Positions 1 through 12,537 of a stretch of DNA of 64,000 bases are shown in pieces (the first letter of the stretch is position 1; each line of letters starts with the position of its first letter). A model generated the notes under the pieces. The model saw only the letters and a list, made by a program, of their open reading frames with translations. It searched no databases and was not told the DNA's origin. Both the position numbers and the translations under genes were made by a program. The DNA is from Eukaryota sp. TZLM1-RC. Its lineage: Eukaryota > Protista > Metamonada: BaSk clade. Where the stretch lies: NCBI GenBank assembly GCA_040285825.1, contig JAUPSS010000013.1, positions 248,001 through 312,000 of the forward strand, written 5' to 3'.

Positions 1-317
1 TTTCTTCGCCAATTTCTCCAAATAAGAGGTATTCAATAATCATAATCCTTAATCTTCTTCATAATCCGTTTTCTTGACGATTGTTGAATTGGTGGATCAA
101 TTTTGTCATTCGTTGTATAGGATTTGTCTTTATTTTAATTTAGGATTTGCTCTTCAATATTATGAAAAACTATTTAAGAAAATAGAAGTAACTGCGATGT
201 ACACAATGCTTTCAATAATGAGGTCAATTTCATTTGAGATCATTCTAACAGACATTTCAAAAGAATAGCTAATTTAAAAACTTTACAAATCAATAAACCG
301 AAAATTACTAAGAAAGA

Positions 318-1815
318 CTATTCAAAGAAAGAGCCAGTCAAAACTCTAACCAAATTAACACCGAAAACCACACTAAAAAAACCTAAAACTAAGAATACCC
401 AAAATTTGGATTCAAAACTAGATCCCAGAGTATTGAATCTAAAGCTACTAGGAAATTCCAATCTAGCCCGCCTTCGTGCATATAAAACAAACAGGCAAGG
501 AAAGCCTAGCATAATCCACGAACCAGCAAAAGTACCGACTAAGCTAATAACGGTTTTCAAAGAGGTGGTCATTAAACCAATGGAGAGAGGAACCACTAGA
601 GAAAATGCATTGCAGAACGGTCTCGACAGTTTGGAATCAGGTTTGAATGGTAAAAACTGTTCCAAATTATTACGCAGAGTCATGACAATCAGGGGATAAA
701 GCGTAATGAAAATAAACAGTGGGAACAACAACAACATCCATGAGACAAAAGGATGATCATAACTGGCAAAATTTTGTAAGTACAATGTCTGAATTCTGCA
801 AGGAACACCAGGGGTATTATCACAATGGTCGGGCAAATGGGGTGAGCTGAATGCAAATACAGCAGATGAGCAAAGCAAAACATACGATGTAGCCATCAAA
901 GCAAAAGCTCTCCGTAAGACAGTGGAAGCATCCTTATGATCTTTCAATGGAGTAATAGTAGATGCTAACGAGTGGTGACCTGTGGTAAGTGGAAGAAACA
1001 AACAGACAAACACATCATAGAGTAAGTGGTGCCTCCAAACAAAAGAGGCAGCTTTTTCCATTTAAACACTGGAATATGTTCTCTGGGTGTACCTTCGCCT
1101 CTGAAAATAAACACAAAACCTAAATAAATCATAGTGTAAAAAGCACAAATTCGCAAAACTAGAGTGATACGTTGCAGTACCTTTGTTTTCTGATAGTCAG
1201 CTAACGACAGAGGGGTGATGATTAGTCCAAACACCACGATGATGAGCCGGTGGAGATTCATTCCAGTAAATGTGAACCCGAAGACAGACACAGAATCTCC
1301 AAAGATTTGCACAACTGCGACTGGTACACCTGTGGCATAGACTACTAGATCAAGAAGGAAGTAGAGTAAAAAAATTGTGGAGAACAACAATCTTAAAAAT
1401 GGGGGAAAGAGAACATCAGAAAGTTTGGAGTACTCAATGCGCCTGTTTAAGTGAAAGGGTTGTTGGTTTTTGACCATCAATTTAGTTATGATATCAACCT
1501 CATCAGCATCACTGTTGAGAGACTGGTGTTTATCGAACAAAGCATTGACAATAGAATTAGATTCTACCACAAAAGTAGAGGTGATGTAAGCGAAGATTGA
1601 CAAAATCATGATAAATAATGAGCCCAGGAGAAAACCAACCTCCTCAAAAACCTTGGGAAGACTCATGGATCCACTAATATCAAACAAAGAATGAAGTCAC
1701 GTACATTCCTACAGCATAAAGTTAGAGAATGGTGAGATTGACACACCATGTTAAAAGTGAATGCCAGAGCACTCAAAGGAGAGATCCGTTGTCCAACAGA
1801 AGTGCCACCCGCCAT
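318..1815 (-). CDS. TMEM104-like amino-acid transporter (Aa_trans family), 4 exons: 1815-1747, 1715-1705, 1673-1012, 979-318
   Basis: Splicing three 31-32 nt introns joins the two listed ORFs and gives FNMAVGIGSMSLPKVF and FGGTTYSMMCHHSLASTITP, matching TMEM104-family motifs. Multiple TM helices. Intron 1 ends in AT rather than AG. Confidence 0.8.
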
Positions 1816-2749
1816 AAGTAAGGTAAATCAAAAAAGATAGAGAATCAAATTGATGAATTTGCTTTATTGGACCCTGAACAAATATTAAGGGTGTAATTTA
1901 GATTTAGTTTCATTCTTGATGACGTGACACACACTTAAATGAGATGTATTAGTATAATAAATGTCTTTTCCCACATATCAAGGGTGATATCTGATTAATG
2001 ATATATTATAATGCAACTAACAAGGATAACAGGGATATCATGCTTAGCCAAACAATTCTATATGAAATCATGACGGGAACACTTAGGAGTCATATGAAAA
2101 TAGTAAATGTACATTCTGTTACAAATCACATTATATCGTTCCTTTATCAACAATCAAGAAACACATTAAACTTATCAACAGTTGATATATTGTTTTGCTA
2201 ATGACTCAAAAGCGAGTTTAACTGTCAATATAACACTTTTTGTTGAAAAAATTTACGATTAAGAAAAAGGGCAGAGCAAGGATAAAAGTCTTATCAAAGT
2301 GACTTAATGAAAATAAAGTATAAAGAATTAGAGTTTAAATGCAAAAACATCCTAGCCAATGGCACATTCTTGCTGTTTCATTTTCAGATTGGGTGGAAAC
2401 TTAAAAATGGCTGCTTAAATGATACATCAGATTGTTTCAGCAAAGAGAGGGAAGTGGTCTAGCAAACCTACCTTGTGTGCACATTGAACAATTTGTACTC
2501 TGTCAAACAAACTGATATGTTTAATAGGTAAAATACTGATTTGTTAACTCGTATTTGAAGGTCTTTAATCTTAACTCGATTCAAACATACTACCATGTAC
2601 ATATCAAGATAGAATACGATATCTTGAAGTCTATAATGAGTGTAGACTAAGTGTAATGAGAGAATGGCAATGATATAATGGAGAACATAGTGAATTGAAG
2701 TCCATCGCAAATCTTTCCTTTTTCTCGATCAGCTTTTCTTTGCCAAAAT

Positions 2750-3488
2750 ATGAGCCAACCCATCAACAAGAAGAGAAAGGTTCGCTACATCGTTCTACTG
2801 ATCTTAGTTTGTCGCTGACGGTTTATTTTATGCCGAACTCAATGAGTTCCTTGAACGTGAACTTGGTTCCGCTGGTTTTGCTGGCCTTGATGTCAGACAA
2901 ACTCCTGTCAGAACTGAGGTTGTCATCCATGCCACTAAGACCTCGGAAGTACTTGGAGAAGGTGCCCGTCGTATCCGTGAACTCACCTCCATTATCTCCA
3001 AACGCTGGAATTTTCCTGAATCCCGTTTAGCTCTTTTTGCTAAGAGAGTTGAAGAACGTGGTCTCTGTGCTGCTGCTCAAGCTGAATCCATCAAGTTCAA
3101 AATTTTGGGTGGAACTGCCGTCCGCAAAGCATGCTACGGTGTTATCAGACAAATTACTGAAGCTGGTGGTAAGGGTTGTGAAATCATTATCTCTGGTAAG
3201 GTACGTGGAGCTCGTGCCAAGAGTCTCAAGTTTGCATCAGGTTATATGGTGAAAACTGGTCAACCAAAACTCGATCACATTGACACTGCCACTCGTCATG
3301 TTCTCCTCAAGCAGGGTGTTCTTGGTATCAAGGTAGCTATCATGCTTCCCAAACCAAGAAATCCCCAGGTTTCTGCAGTACTTCCCGATAAAATTACTTT
3401 TTATGAACCTAAGGAAACTGAAGAAATTACTGAACCAATTGGTAAGCTCTATGCAGCTCCCCCAACTGAACCCGTTGCAGCTCAGTAG
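2750..3488 (+). CDS. RPS3: 40S ribosomal protein S3 (uS3); intron 2780-2807
   Basis: Spliced product [10 protein letters not shown]|[15 protein letters not shown]...GARRIRELT...[17 protein letters not shown]...[14 protein letters not shown]; 28-nt GT-AG intron. Confidence 0.97.
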
Positions 3489-3902
3489 TTTTTGTTAAAA
3501 TGTGTTTGTAAGTGTTACGAGGGGACGTTAGTTTTATTGCCGGTTATTAATATACTTTCAAAAATAGTTTGATAAACACAATGAGAATATGCAATATTTT
3601 TCTGTTGAGTGGTACTTTTCAAGGTCACATCACATTTGTCTTTTCATTGTACGTTTGGGTTTAGATTGAGCTAAACTTTTCAACTGTATATCTCTAATTC
3701 TTCGCGAAAAAAAAATACCACAAAACAGGATCTGTGAAAGGCAACTCCAGTGTGTCAATATATAGCTCAAAAAAACATTTTGATCTACCAGAATCTCGAC
3801 AACACGTCTGCTCTCATTGACTGATCTGTCTTGTCGATTGTCACTGTTATTTAAACCGAAGACTTTTGTAGATTGTTTTATTTTCTGAACATTTCATATC
3901 CA

Positions 3903-4935
3903 ATGGTATCTTCTTTTACTATCATTGTTGCTGACAAGGTTTGAACAAACACATTTTTCTCATCCCAGTACGCGCCCTCTGTTGCTGAAAATTTGAAGCA
4001 AGCTGGTCATAATGTCATTGTTGATCCAAGTCTCAAGGAAACCTCTTTGACTGAAGCCTTATCCCAGCATCAAGCTGACATCCTTATGGTTCGCTCCACC
4101 AAGGTCCAGCAAGAACAACTGGATGCTTCCCAAAATCTCAAGCTCGTTTTGAGAGGTGGTGCGGGCTATGATACCATCAACTGCCAATACGCTAAGGAGA
4201 AGGGAGTTCGTGTTTGCAATACTCCTGGTACCAACTCTGTAGCTGTTGCTGAAGTTGCCATGGGACTCGTCCTTTCTCTCGATCGATTCATCCCCGACAA
4301 CGTTATACAAGCACGTCAAGGAAAGTGGAACAAGGCTCAGTTCTCCAAGGCTAAAGGTTTAAAGGGACAAACCATTGGTCTTGTTGGTTTTGGTAACATT
4401 GGTAAAGAAGTTGCCACTCGTGCCGCTGCTTTTGGAATGAATGTTCTTGTCTGGTCAAGAAGTCTCACTCCTGAACTAGCACAGAAACATGGTGTTGATT
4501 TTGCTGCTTCTCCCATGGAAGTTGCTGAACGAAGTGATATCGTCTCCATCCATTGCGCTAACGCTCCTGAAACGAAGGGTCTTTGTAATGCCGAGTTCTT
4601 CTCCAAGATGAAGGAAGGTGCTTACTTCATCAACACTGCGAGAGCTGCCGTAGTAGTTGAACAAGACTTGATTGATGCCATGAATAACCGAGGAATCCGT
4701 GCTGGAATCGATGTTCCCGCAAACGAACCTTCCACTGGTTCTTGTGACTTTGAATCCGAACTCACTAAGCACCAAAATGCTTATGTTACACGTATGTCTT
4801 ACCTTATCCTTATTTATTTCAGATCACATTGGTGCTTCTACCTCCCAAGCTAGTAATGCAGTTGGTGAATTGGCTTGTAAAGTAGTTGATACCTTTGCCA
4901 GGGAAGGAGAATATATTCACTGTGTCAATGCCTAA
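3903..4935 (+). CDS. D-3-phosphoglycerate dehydrogenase-like D-2-hydroxyacid dehydrogenase without ACT domain; introns 3939-3968 and 4792-4822
   Basis: VRSTKV, NTPGTNSVAVAE, GLVGFGNIG NAD motif, FINTAR. THHIGAST is restored by splicing intron 2. Confidence 0.9.
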
Positions 4936-5089
4936 TTTGAACGGTTTTATTATTCATTCTATATCTTGTTTTGTAAATTGTTTACCGAAGTCTTTATTTA
5001 ATTTCACCATATAGCAAAAAAAATGTAGCAGTACATTTGCAACTTTGGTATGGAAACTGTACACTGGATATTTTCGGAGTAGTATCTGT

Positions 5090-6527
5090 AGAATGAATTA
5101 CAAGTTATTTTGGAAAAAATGAAAATTGAACTTGATTCAATTTCTTCTTTAGATTTAGAAAAACATATTAAATTTTTCATGCTTAAAATTTGCTTTACAA
5201 GGAGAATAACCCACATTTTGAGATCTTGTGCTCCTTCCATAGCAAAAGATTTTTGTCGTTCCTTTAATTCATTGAGAACAGAATTTTTGCTGATTTATTG
5301 GATGTAGAACCTGGAATGTTGAAAAATCACTTATTTTCTTCAGCAATTTTGGGTGGTATTGGATTTACTAAATCTTCTATTTTGTGTCAATCAGCATTTC
5401 TGGGTGGAGGAAAGAATTTTATTTATAAATTTTCTCGTAAATTTCCTGATGATTCCCATCTGTCAGTTCCCAGTTGCAGTCCTCATTTGAATAAGTTATC
5501 TTGTGAACTTGACAGATTGCCACCACAAATTTGGACCAAATGTTTTCCCCAATCAATTCAAGAAATTCCCAACCGTTCTCTTTCTAATTTGCAGTTTTGC
5601 TGTGAAAAGCTTCAACAAAAATTGTCAAAGATTTTTGAAAGCTTGGATTTTGATGTTAGACTTGGCTTGGCCAAGAAAAAGAATCCCGCTTTTGTAAATC
5701 TTTTACAAGCTATGTATGATAGTACTTCGTCTGTCATAGTAACAACAATTCCTCAAGTATATGGCACTCTCTTAACCGATTCTACTTGGACTTTGAATAT
5801 GAGATGTCGTTCCTTTATCTGGTTTGATAATTTACCTCAAAATTTAATTTGTGAATGTTCTCGAAATCTTACAATTACTCATTTGTTAAATTGTAAACAT
5901 TTTATTACTTTTAGAAGCAAGGTTCACGATGTTGTATGAGACCAGTTATATTGTATGTGTAAGTCTCATAGAATTGAATCCTTTTTGGAACCTCTGTTGT
6001 CATATCTGTTTGATACTGAAGATGATTTTCATAAGAATAATAGAGGTGATGTAATATTACCTGGATTAGATGGAATCTTCATTTTATTGGATGTAATGTC
6101 TGTTGATCCTTGTAATGCCTCAAATGAAAGGCTTGTTAATTCTGAAATTCATAATCGTCTTTCGAATGCTGAAAATTTCAAATTCAAAAAATACAATGAA
6201 CCATTGTCCAAATCGGCCAGTCAACAGCATGCAAAATACAATTTGTATCCATTTGTATTTTCTCTGATTGGTCCACTTGCTCCAACGGCAATACGTTTTT
6301 TGGCAGAATTTGAATTGATTGTAAAGAGAAGAACTAAGAGAAATTTCAACAGATTGTTTTGGTAACATAGAATTGTGTTTTCTAATTTTAAGGGATGTTG
6401 AAGATGGTTTCTGATGCTTTGCTTTCTCTTGGATCTCATTATGAGAGAGTTGCATCTAGTTGTTTTGTTTTTTGAGAGATGGATTGGTTAGGTGTTGATT
6501 TATAAGTTCTTTAATATATAAAAAAAT
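5090..6527 (+). mobile_element. 5'-truncated CRE-like non-LTR retrotransposon, family A, decayed
   Basis: Post-RT region, CxC...THLLNC zinc finger and RLE motifs (RGD, LLDV, KKY); one frameshift and stops; closely similar to 29249-31012; short A-tail. Confidence 0.88.
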
Positions 6528-6545
6528 TAAGAAACATATCTGCAA

Positions 6546-9543
6546 TTGTATTTATTTTTATTCAACAACAAATATGAAATACACAATTAAAACTCCACAT
6601 CCTCAAAACCTGCCTCCCCTACATCAAAACAATTAATCGCTAAAGATTCAGAAAATTTCCCAACAGAAGATAGTGAATCAGAAATTAGTGTTACCATTCC
6701 TTTAAAAATAGAAAATACAATCCTGTTTTGCCAGTAAACACGATTGAAAATTCTTCCAGTTCTTTCCTTTACAACTACAACAAAATCCTCAAGGAAAGCC
6801 ATAGCAGCCTTACCTAGAGATCCAAGCAAAGAAAAAACAAATGGACATAAATTATATTGGGCATGAGAATTTTCATTAACCGAGGAAATGGGTTTCGCAT
6901 ATTTAGCAATTTTATATTTTTCGCCTGCAAGAAGAGGATTATTTACATCCGAGTTAATGAAATGTTCGTTAGAGGAATTACAAGGGTCAATAGACATGGC
7001 GTCCAAAATAGTAAAACTACCATTTAAACCAGGAACAACTAGATCACCTCTAGTCAGACCCATAGAAGCTCTGTTGTAACGCGTACTATCAATATTGGGA
7101 TCATCAAGAATTAATTTTGATAACAGCGGTTCTAAAAAGGAATCTACACGATATGATTTGCACATTACATAAATTTGGTCCCTGACGTTATTATGCACTT
7201 TGCTTCTAAACGTAATGAAATGTTTACAGTTCAAAAGATGAGTAAACAAAAGAGGTTTACCACATTTACAAGTTAAATGATTGGGCAAATTGTTTGGCCA
7301 CAGAAAACAACGAAAACGCATGTTTAGAAGCCATTCATTGTCTTTTAACAAAAGTCCATAAACAGAGGGAACTTGAGTTACTAAAGCAGCAGCAGAACTA
7401 TCACGAATATCCTTTAAAAATTACCGAAAGCGGGATTTTTAGTTTTGGCCAAGCCAAGTCTTACTTCATAATCCAAGCCTTCATATAATTTAACCAGATG
7501 GTGCTGAAGCTTTTTCAAGCAAAAACGTAAATTTGGAAGTGATCGAGTGGGAATTTCTTGAACATTTTGAGGAAAACACTGAATCCAGATATCACTAGGC
7601 AAATTTTCTAATTCAAATTGCAGTTGATTCAAGTAAAATTTGATTCACCATTGATCAGATGAACATCAAAAGGGAACCTTTGGAAAAATTCAAAAACAAA
7701 ATTTTTACCACCTCCCAAAAATGCTGCTTTACACAGAATCGAAGATTTGGTGAATCCAATTCCACCCAAATCTGCTGAACAAAATACATGACTTCGAATT
7801 AAAGATTCATTTACTTCTAATAAAGAAGAAAAAAATTTGACTCGAAGTTTGTTAAAAGATCTGCAAAAATTGAGAGATACCGAAGGGGAGTTGACCTTAA
7901 AATATGAGTGAATTTTCCAGAATAACAAATTTTTAAAATAAAAAAATTTGATGTGTTTCTCAATGTCACATTCAGCAATAAAACTAAGATCCTTGTCAAA
8001 CTTCTCCAATAAATTGTTTAACTGGGAATAAATTTCATCCAAATTGCCAAGCCAACATCCAAGAAACTTAAAAGCTTGTTGGTCATAATTGATAAAAGGA
8101 ATCTGAGCTCCACCAATCATCAAATATTGTTTTTCTCTACCAATCAAGAGACATTTAGATGGGTTCAAAGCTAAACCAATTTCTTTGTATTTCGCCGCAA
8201 TGTCTTCAGAAACCCTAGAAATGCTTTCAAAAGAACCAATAATAGAAATGTCATCCATATAGGCAACAATACGCAAATCAGGGAAATCTTGTTGTGTCAT
8301 TTTAATAATATTATGAATAGCCAAACAAAACAGTAAAGGGCCAAGAGGATCACCTTGTTTCACACCAGAAGAAGATTCAAGGGTAAAGGAGTCAAAAACT
8401 AAGTCTGATTTTTTTCCATAAAATAAATAAAAATATGCAGAAAGTTCAGGAAAATCATGAAGAAGCACATCAAAAATACAATCACGTTTCACAGAATTGA
8501 AAGCATTTTTGAAATCCAAATTGAAAATATATTGATGATGTTGACTATTGAAAAAAACATCTGAAGTCATTGAAGCAACAGAAGCACCTTCAACAGTTTT
8601 TATATTAAATTGGAAAGGCTTCAAATAGTCCCTTGCTTTAGTAGAAATTCTGATAAAAATAAGCGAAGAAAGCAATCTGGTTAATGACTCTCCAATGGCA
8701 ATTGGTCTAACTCCATCAGGTTTGTCACCTTTACCAGGTTTAACTAAAGCAACTAAACGGGCAGCAGTCAATTCAGGCGGAGGAACATAATTTAAACACA
8801 TTAAATTTTGAAAATAGGAAGCAAGATCCTCAACAATTTCAGGAGCATTTTTACAGGCAGTTTTTAACAAATCAAAGGAAATGCCTGAAGGACCAGCAGC
8901 TTTTCCTTTTGGTAATTTAGCAACGGCATTCAATACTTCTTGAGCCTGAAATGGATTTTCGAGCCAATATTGACAAATAGAAGGCTTACTGGGGCAAAAA
9001 TGTTCAGTTGGATGGAGGTATTTCAATTTTTCAACAGTTTCGAGATTGGTATCAGCCAGTTTTCCCGAAAAAATATTTTTTAATCCGCTTCCATATCTAC
9101 CTCTCAAAAACAATTTTCTTGCCTGAAAAGATGAATTAGCTTTTCCCTGTTTTGGTTTGTAATTAATTTTCTTCTTATTTTTTTTGGCAAAGAATTTCCA
9201 AAATCTTGTTATGTTCCATTTGTTTAATTTCAATTGCGAAGAAAAAGAACGCATTTCCATTGACAAAGGAACAGAACTGGCAGGACTCACCTCTACAGGA
9301 ATTTTAACAGGTGTACGAAGAGAATCACTTGTTTGACAGTCATAACAAAACAATAGAGGGCGACCATTAGAAGAATTAGAGAGGAACTTTTTGCAAAAAG
9401 GACAACTATGTTTCAAGACATTATCCGTAGGATCAGGAGCAACAGTTTTTGGTAAATGAGTTTGATCAATATTTAAATCATAATTAACATCATCAGCAGA
9501 AACATTGGGAACAGGAGGAAGATTTAGTTCGGATGGCGTTTGC
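6546..9543 (-). mobile_element. CRE-like non-LTR retrotransposon, family B (ZnF-RT-CCHC-RLE), probably 5'-truncated, 14-bp target site duplication (TSD)
   Basis: RPIAIGE, DFKNAFNSV, GVKQGDPLGPLLF, AYMDD, CKC...HLLNC, RGD...LDAMS...EKYKIAKY. TSD aaacatatctgcaa at 6532-6545 and 9544-9557. Four frameshifts. Confidence 0.93.
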
Positions 9544-9749
9544 AAACATATCTGCAAAGTGAGACTAGACTTTGAAAAAAATACTTCAGTAAATCAATTA
9601 TAACTGAATCGGTTATTGTATATTGGTTAGAATTGGTTCAAAAAATAGTGGGAATTTTTAAACAGTGTTTACACGTGTGCACTTTTTGGCAACACGTGTG
9701 CAAATTTTAAAGACAAACATTTATAAGCAAAAGTTAAACCAAACTACAA

Positions 9750-10600
9750 TCATTCATACTCTGACTCAATATCAGACAAATCTGATCTGATTTCTATGAT
9801 ATCACCTGCTTCATATTCTAGACGAGTGGAGATGTTTTTAACGACCTTTTCCCATCCTGACGCGATCCATTGAGACGCATTTGTTTCAACGAAACGAAAA
9901 GCAGTCATGATCCATCTTCCCAAATGGTGATTCAAAGCTCCTTTGGTCAACTTCATCTTGATGCATTCTGCAGGTACTCCCTTTGACAATGCATCTTGAA
10001 CGTGTTCAGCACAATAGTCTGCGAAACTGTCCTTTAAATTGGCCTTAAATACTTTGTTTATAGAAATGTCAAGGACACAAAAGAGATCGGTTGATCTTTC
10101 AGGAATCATAACAGGATCATTAGCTCCTGGCAAACTTGGACAGCGTTTTCACATTTATGAGAATGGTGGTGATCCCAAATCATCAAAGCACGTTCGCCCA
10201 TTGGTACTCCTGCAAGTTCAAACCCTTCCTTAAGTTCAGCTTTGACTCGTTTCAAATAATTCCCTACTACATATCTCAAATACTTGACAGTACTATGTCC
10301 ATTTTACCACTTTGTAACAGCAGCTTTGGATACACCCTCATTTTTTGGTGATAAAGAGTGAATTACTTCACTGGGCCATTCATAATTTGGAACACTGACT
10401 TGTGTTTTACCTTCCCAAATCAATTGTCATGGCAGCAAATCTCCAGCTTTCGAAATTGTAAGTGTTGCTGTGTTGCCTCTTTTATCACCTAATCCTTGAA
10501 TACTGATATTTTTCTGACCTTTTGGAGCATAAGTTTTTCCCTTTACTGGAACCCAGGGTACCATGGTTTCGTCCATCATCAGCGCGGGTGATAGTCTTTT
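9750..10600 (-). mobile_element. pogo/Tigger-type DDE_1 transposase relic
   Basis: Minus-strand translation ...KTYAPKGQKNISIQGLGDKRGNTATLTISKAGDLLP*QLIWEGKT...LMIWDHHHSHK...IPERSTDLFCVLDISINKVFKA, with internal stops. Termini not defined. Confidence 0.8.
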
Positions 10601-10800
10601 CCTGCATCCATAATTGCACTCATTTCTACGGCTGCATGTTTGGCTTCAACAGGAGTCAATTTTCTGGCAGTGGTAGGCTTTCTATTACTCCATTGCATAT
10701 GATTTTTCAAAAATGAATACGCCCAGTAGCCTTAACCGTATATGTGAAGTTTCAAATCGTTGTTGTATACTCAATATCCGCAATCTCTCTCAAAACAGAG

Positions 10801-10872
10801 TCGGTTATAGTATAGTGGTGAGTATCCCCGCCTGTCACGCGGGAGGCCGGGGTTCGATTCCCCGTAACCGAG
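10801..10872 (+). tRNA. tRNA-Asp(GTC)
   Basis: 72 nt; acceptor stem tcggtta/taaccga, discriminator G, anticodon loop ctGTCac, T-loop ttcgatt; T-run downstream. Confidence 0.96.
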
Positions 10873-12537
10873 ATATTTTTTCGTGTAATTTGATAAGAAA
10901 CCATTTCAATAGAAATTAGAACCAAGTCCTTGTTAAATTGAATTGCTAAATCATTGAAATGCGATTGTTCTTATAGTTGGTTGATTAATGCTGATGTGAA
11001 AGCTTGTTTCGCTGTCATGAAGGAGCAGCCACAGAAGTCTTCCATGTTCGAAAACGCTGTTTTCCAGTGTTGTGAAGTTCTTCTTCGATCCAATTCGTTG
11101 ATGTTGTTCACAAATCAATTTGGATCAAGTGTCAAACTATAAAACAAATTTACCTTATGGTTCAGTGGTGAATATTACTTTAGGAACCACATGCAAAAAC
11201 CACTGAATTGGAATTTAACGCTCTAGTGGATGTATGCATTGGATGTTTCGTTTTTGAAAACACTAAATTTCTAGGTATGACTGTAATCGAAGCTGTGAGG
11301 CTTCAGATAAAAGAAAGTGGCGGAAAGAATTATAGGTCAACGACCTGTATGTAATAGAGTTGTTTGTTGTGAGCAGAAAGCAATATGGAATACTTTAAGA
11401 AAATCGGGCACTCATAAAATTGAATAATGTGGCTTGTCTAATGCGATGACTCAGTTCTGGATTTTGTATTTTAAGTGCTTAGTTTCAACCTAATGAGAAT
11501 TATGTTCTGAAGATTTTCCTTAAGAATCGAACCGTTGGCAGTTCGAAAAGTTTTCCTGCTGAGACATCATGAAGCTACTTAAATTTCTTCGATAATTCAT
11601 TGAGCTATTCAATCCCACTTTGATTAGAATAGTGTAAATAATGTTGGCTAAGGCTAAAAATGCCCTTCTTGATTTGGAAAGTATCACGTTTCCTATCACG
11701 TGATCATTAGTTTTAATTCATCCTGTTTTTACTTCCCTATTTTGATATTTATTTTATAGCAATTTGTTCTTTGTTTTATACGACAACTGCAAACCTAATG
11801 AAATGATGAAGACCCTTCACAAAAATGTCAACATATGTATTTTCATTAATGAAAGGTAAGTTATCAAACCAATATCATATCATTTCATGCATTTCAATAC
11901 GCTGAGCAGAAAGCGAAAGCCAATAGTCAATTTGAACCATTGTTGTTCACTATTGCAGCAGAATTTCTAAATAAAATATGGGAACAAACGAGTAAGTACA
12001 ACAGCGTAAATGAAGTTCAGTGGAGAAAGGACACTTAATCACAGTTGTTTAGACGTAAAATGCTAAATATTTACTAATTACTATACTAAAAATAATAATA
12101 ATATGTTATACTGACCAGTAGTAGTCCTTGAAGTGGAAAAGTAGAGGTGTTGAAATTGTGGTAGTACAGTCTAAGAATCCGATCGAAATTCCAAAAAAAA
12201 CTGCAGATTCATTGTAAAATAGAAAATTGAGTACAACATTGTCATTAAACAAGTTTAGTTTATTTATTAGTATATTGAATTAATTGTTGCAGTAACAATA
12301 ATTTAATTTGTATAAAATAGTCACATCCTAAACTATTACTTTTTGTAATATCATCGTTAATTTTGTCCTAGTTAATCAGTTGAACTGAACTAGTTAAACT
12401 AAAGCAGACGCGACCATCCTCTTGCTACCAACAAAGGGTTCTGAATTCGATTAAAAATTTCCCAACATTGACATGTATGAAACTTCCATTAACACAAGTA
12501 GCTGTAGATCACAATTTAAATCATCACTGTTGTGCTT

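Noticed and set aside
9544-9557. Listed starts of the RT ORFs (9557 and 26313)
   Set aside because: These TTG starts lie in TSD or host flank, not in the elements.
10713-10919. Short ORFs overlapping the tRNA genes (also 31712-32071) and antisense ORFs inside large genes
   Set aside because: Shadow ORFs with no independent support.
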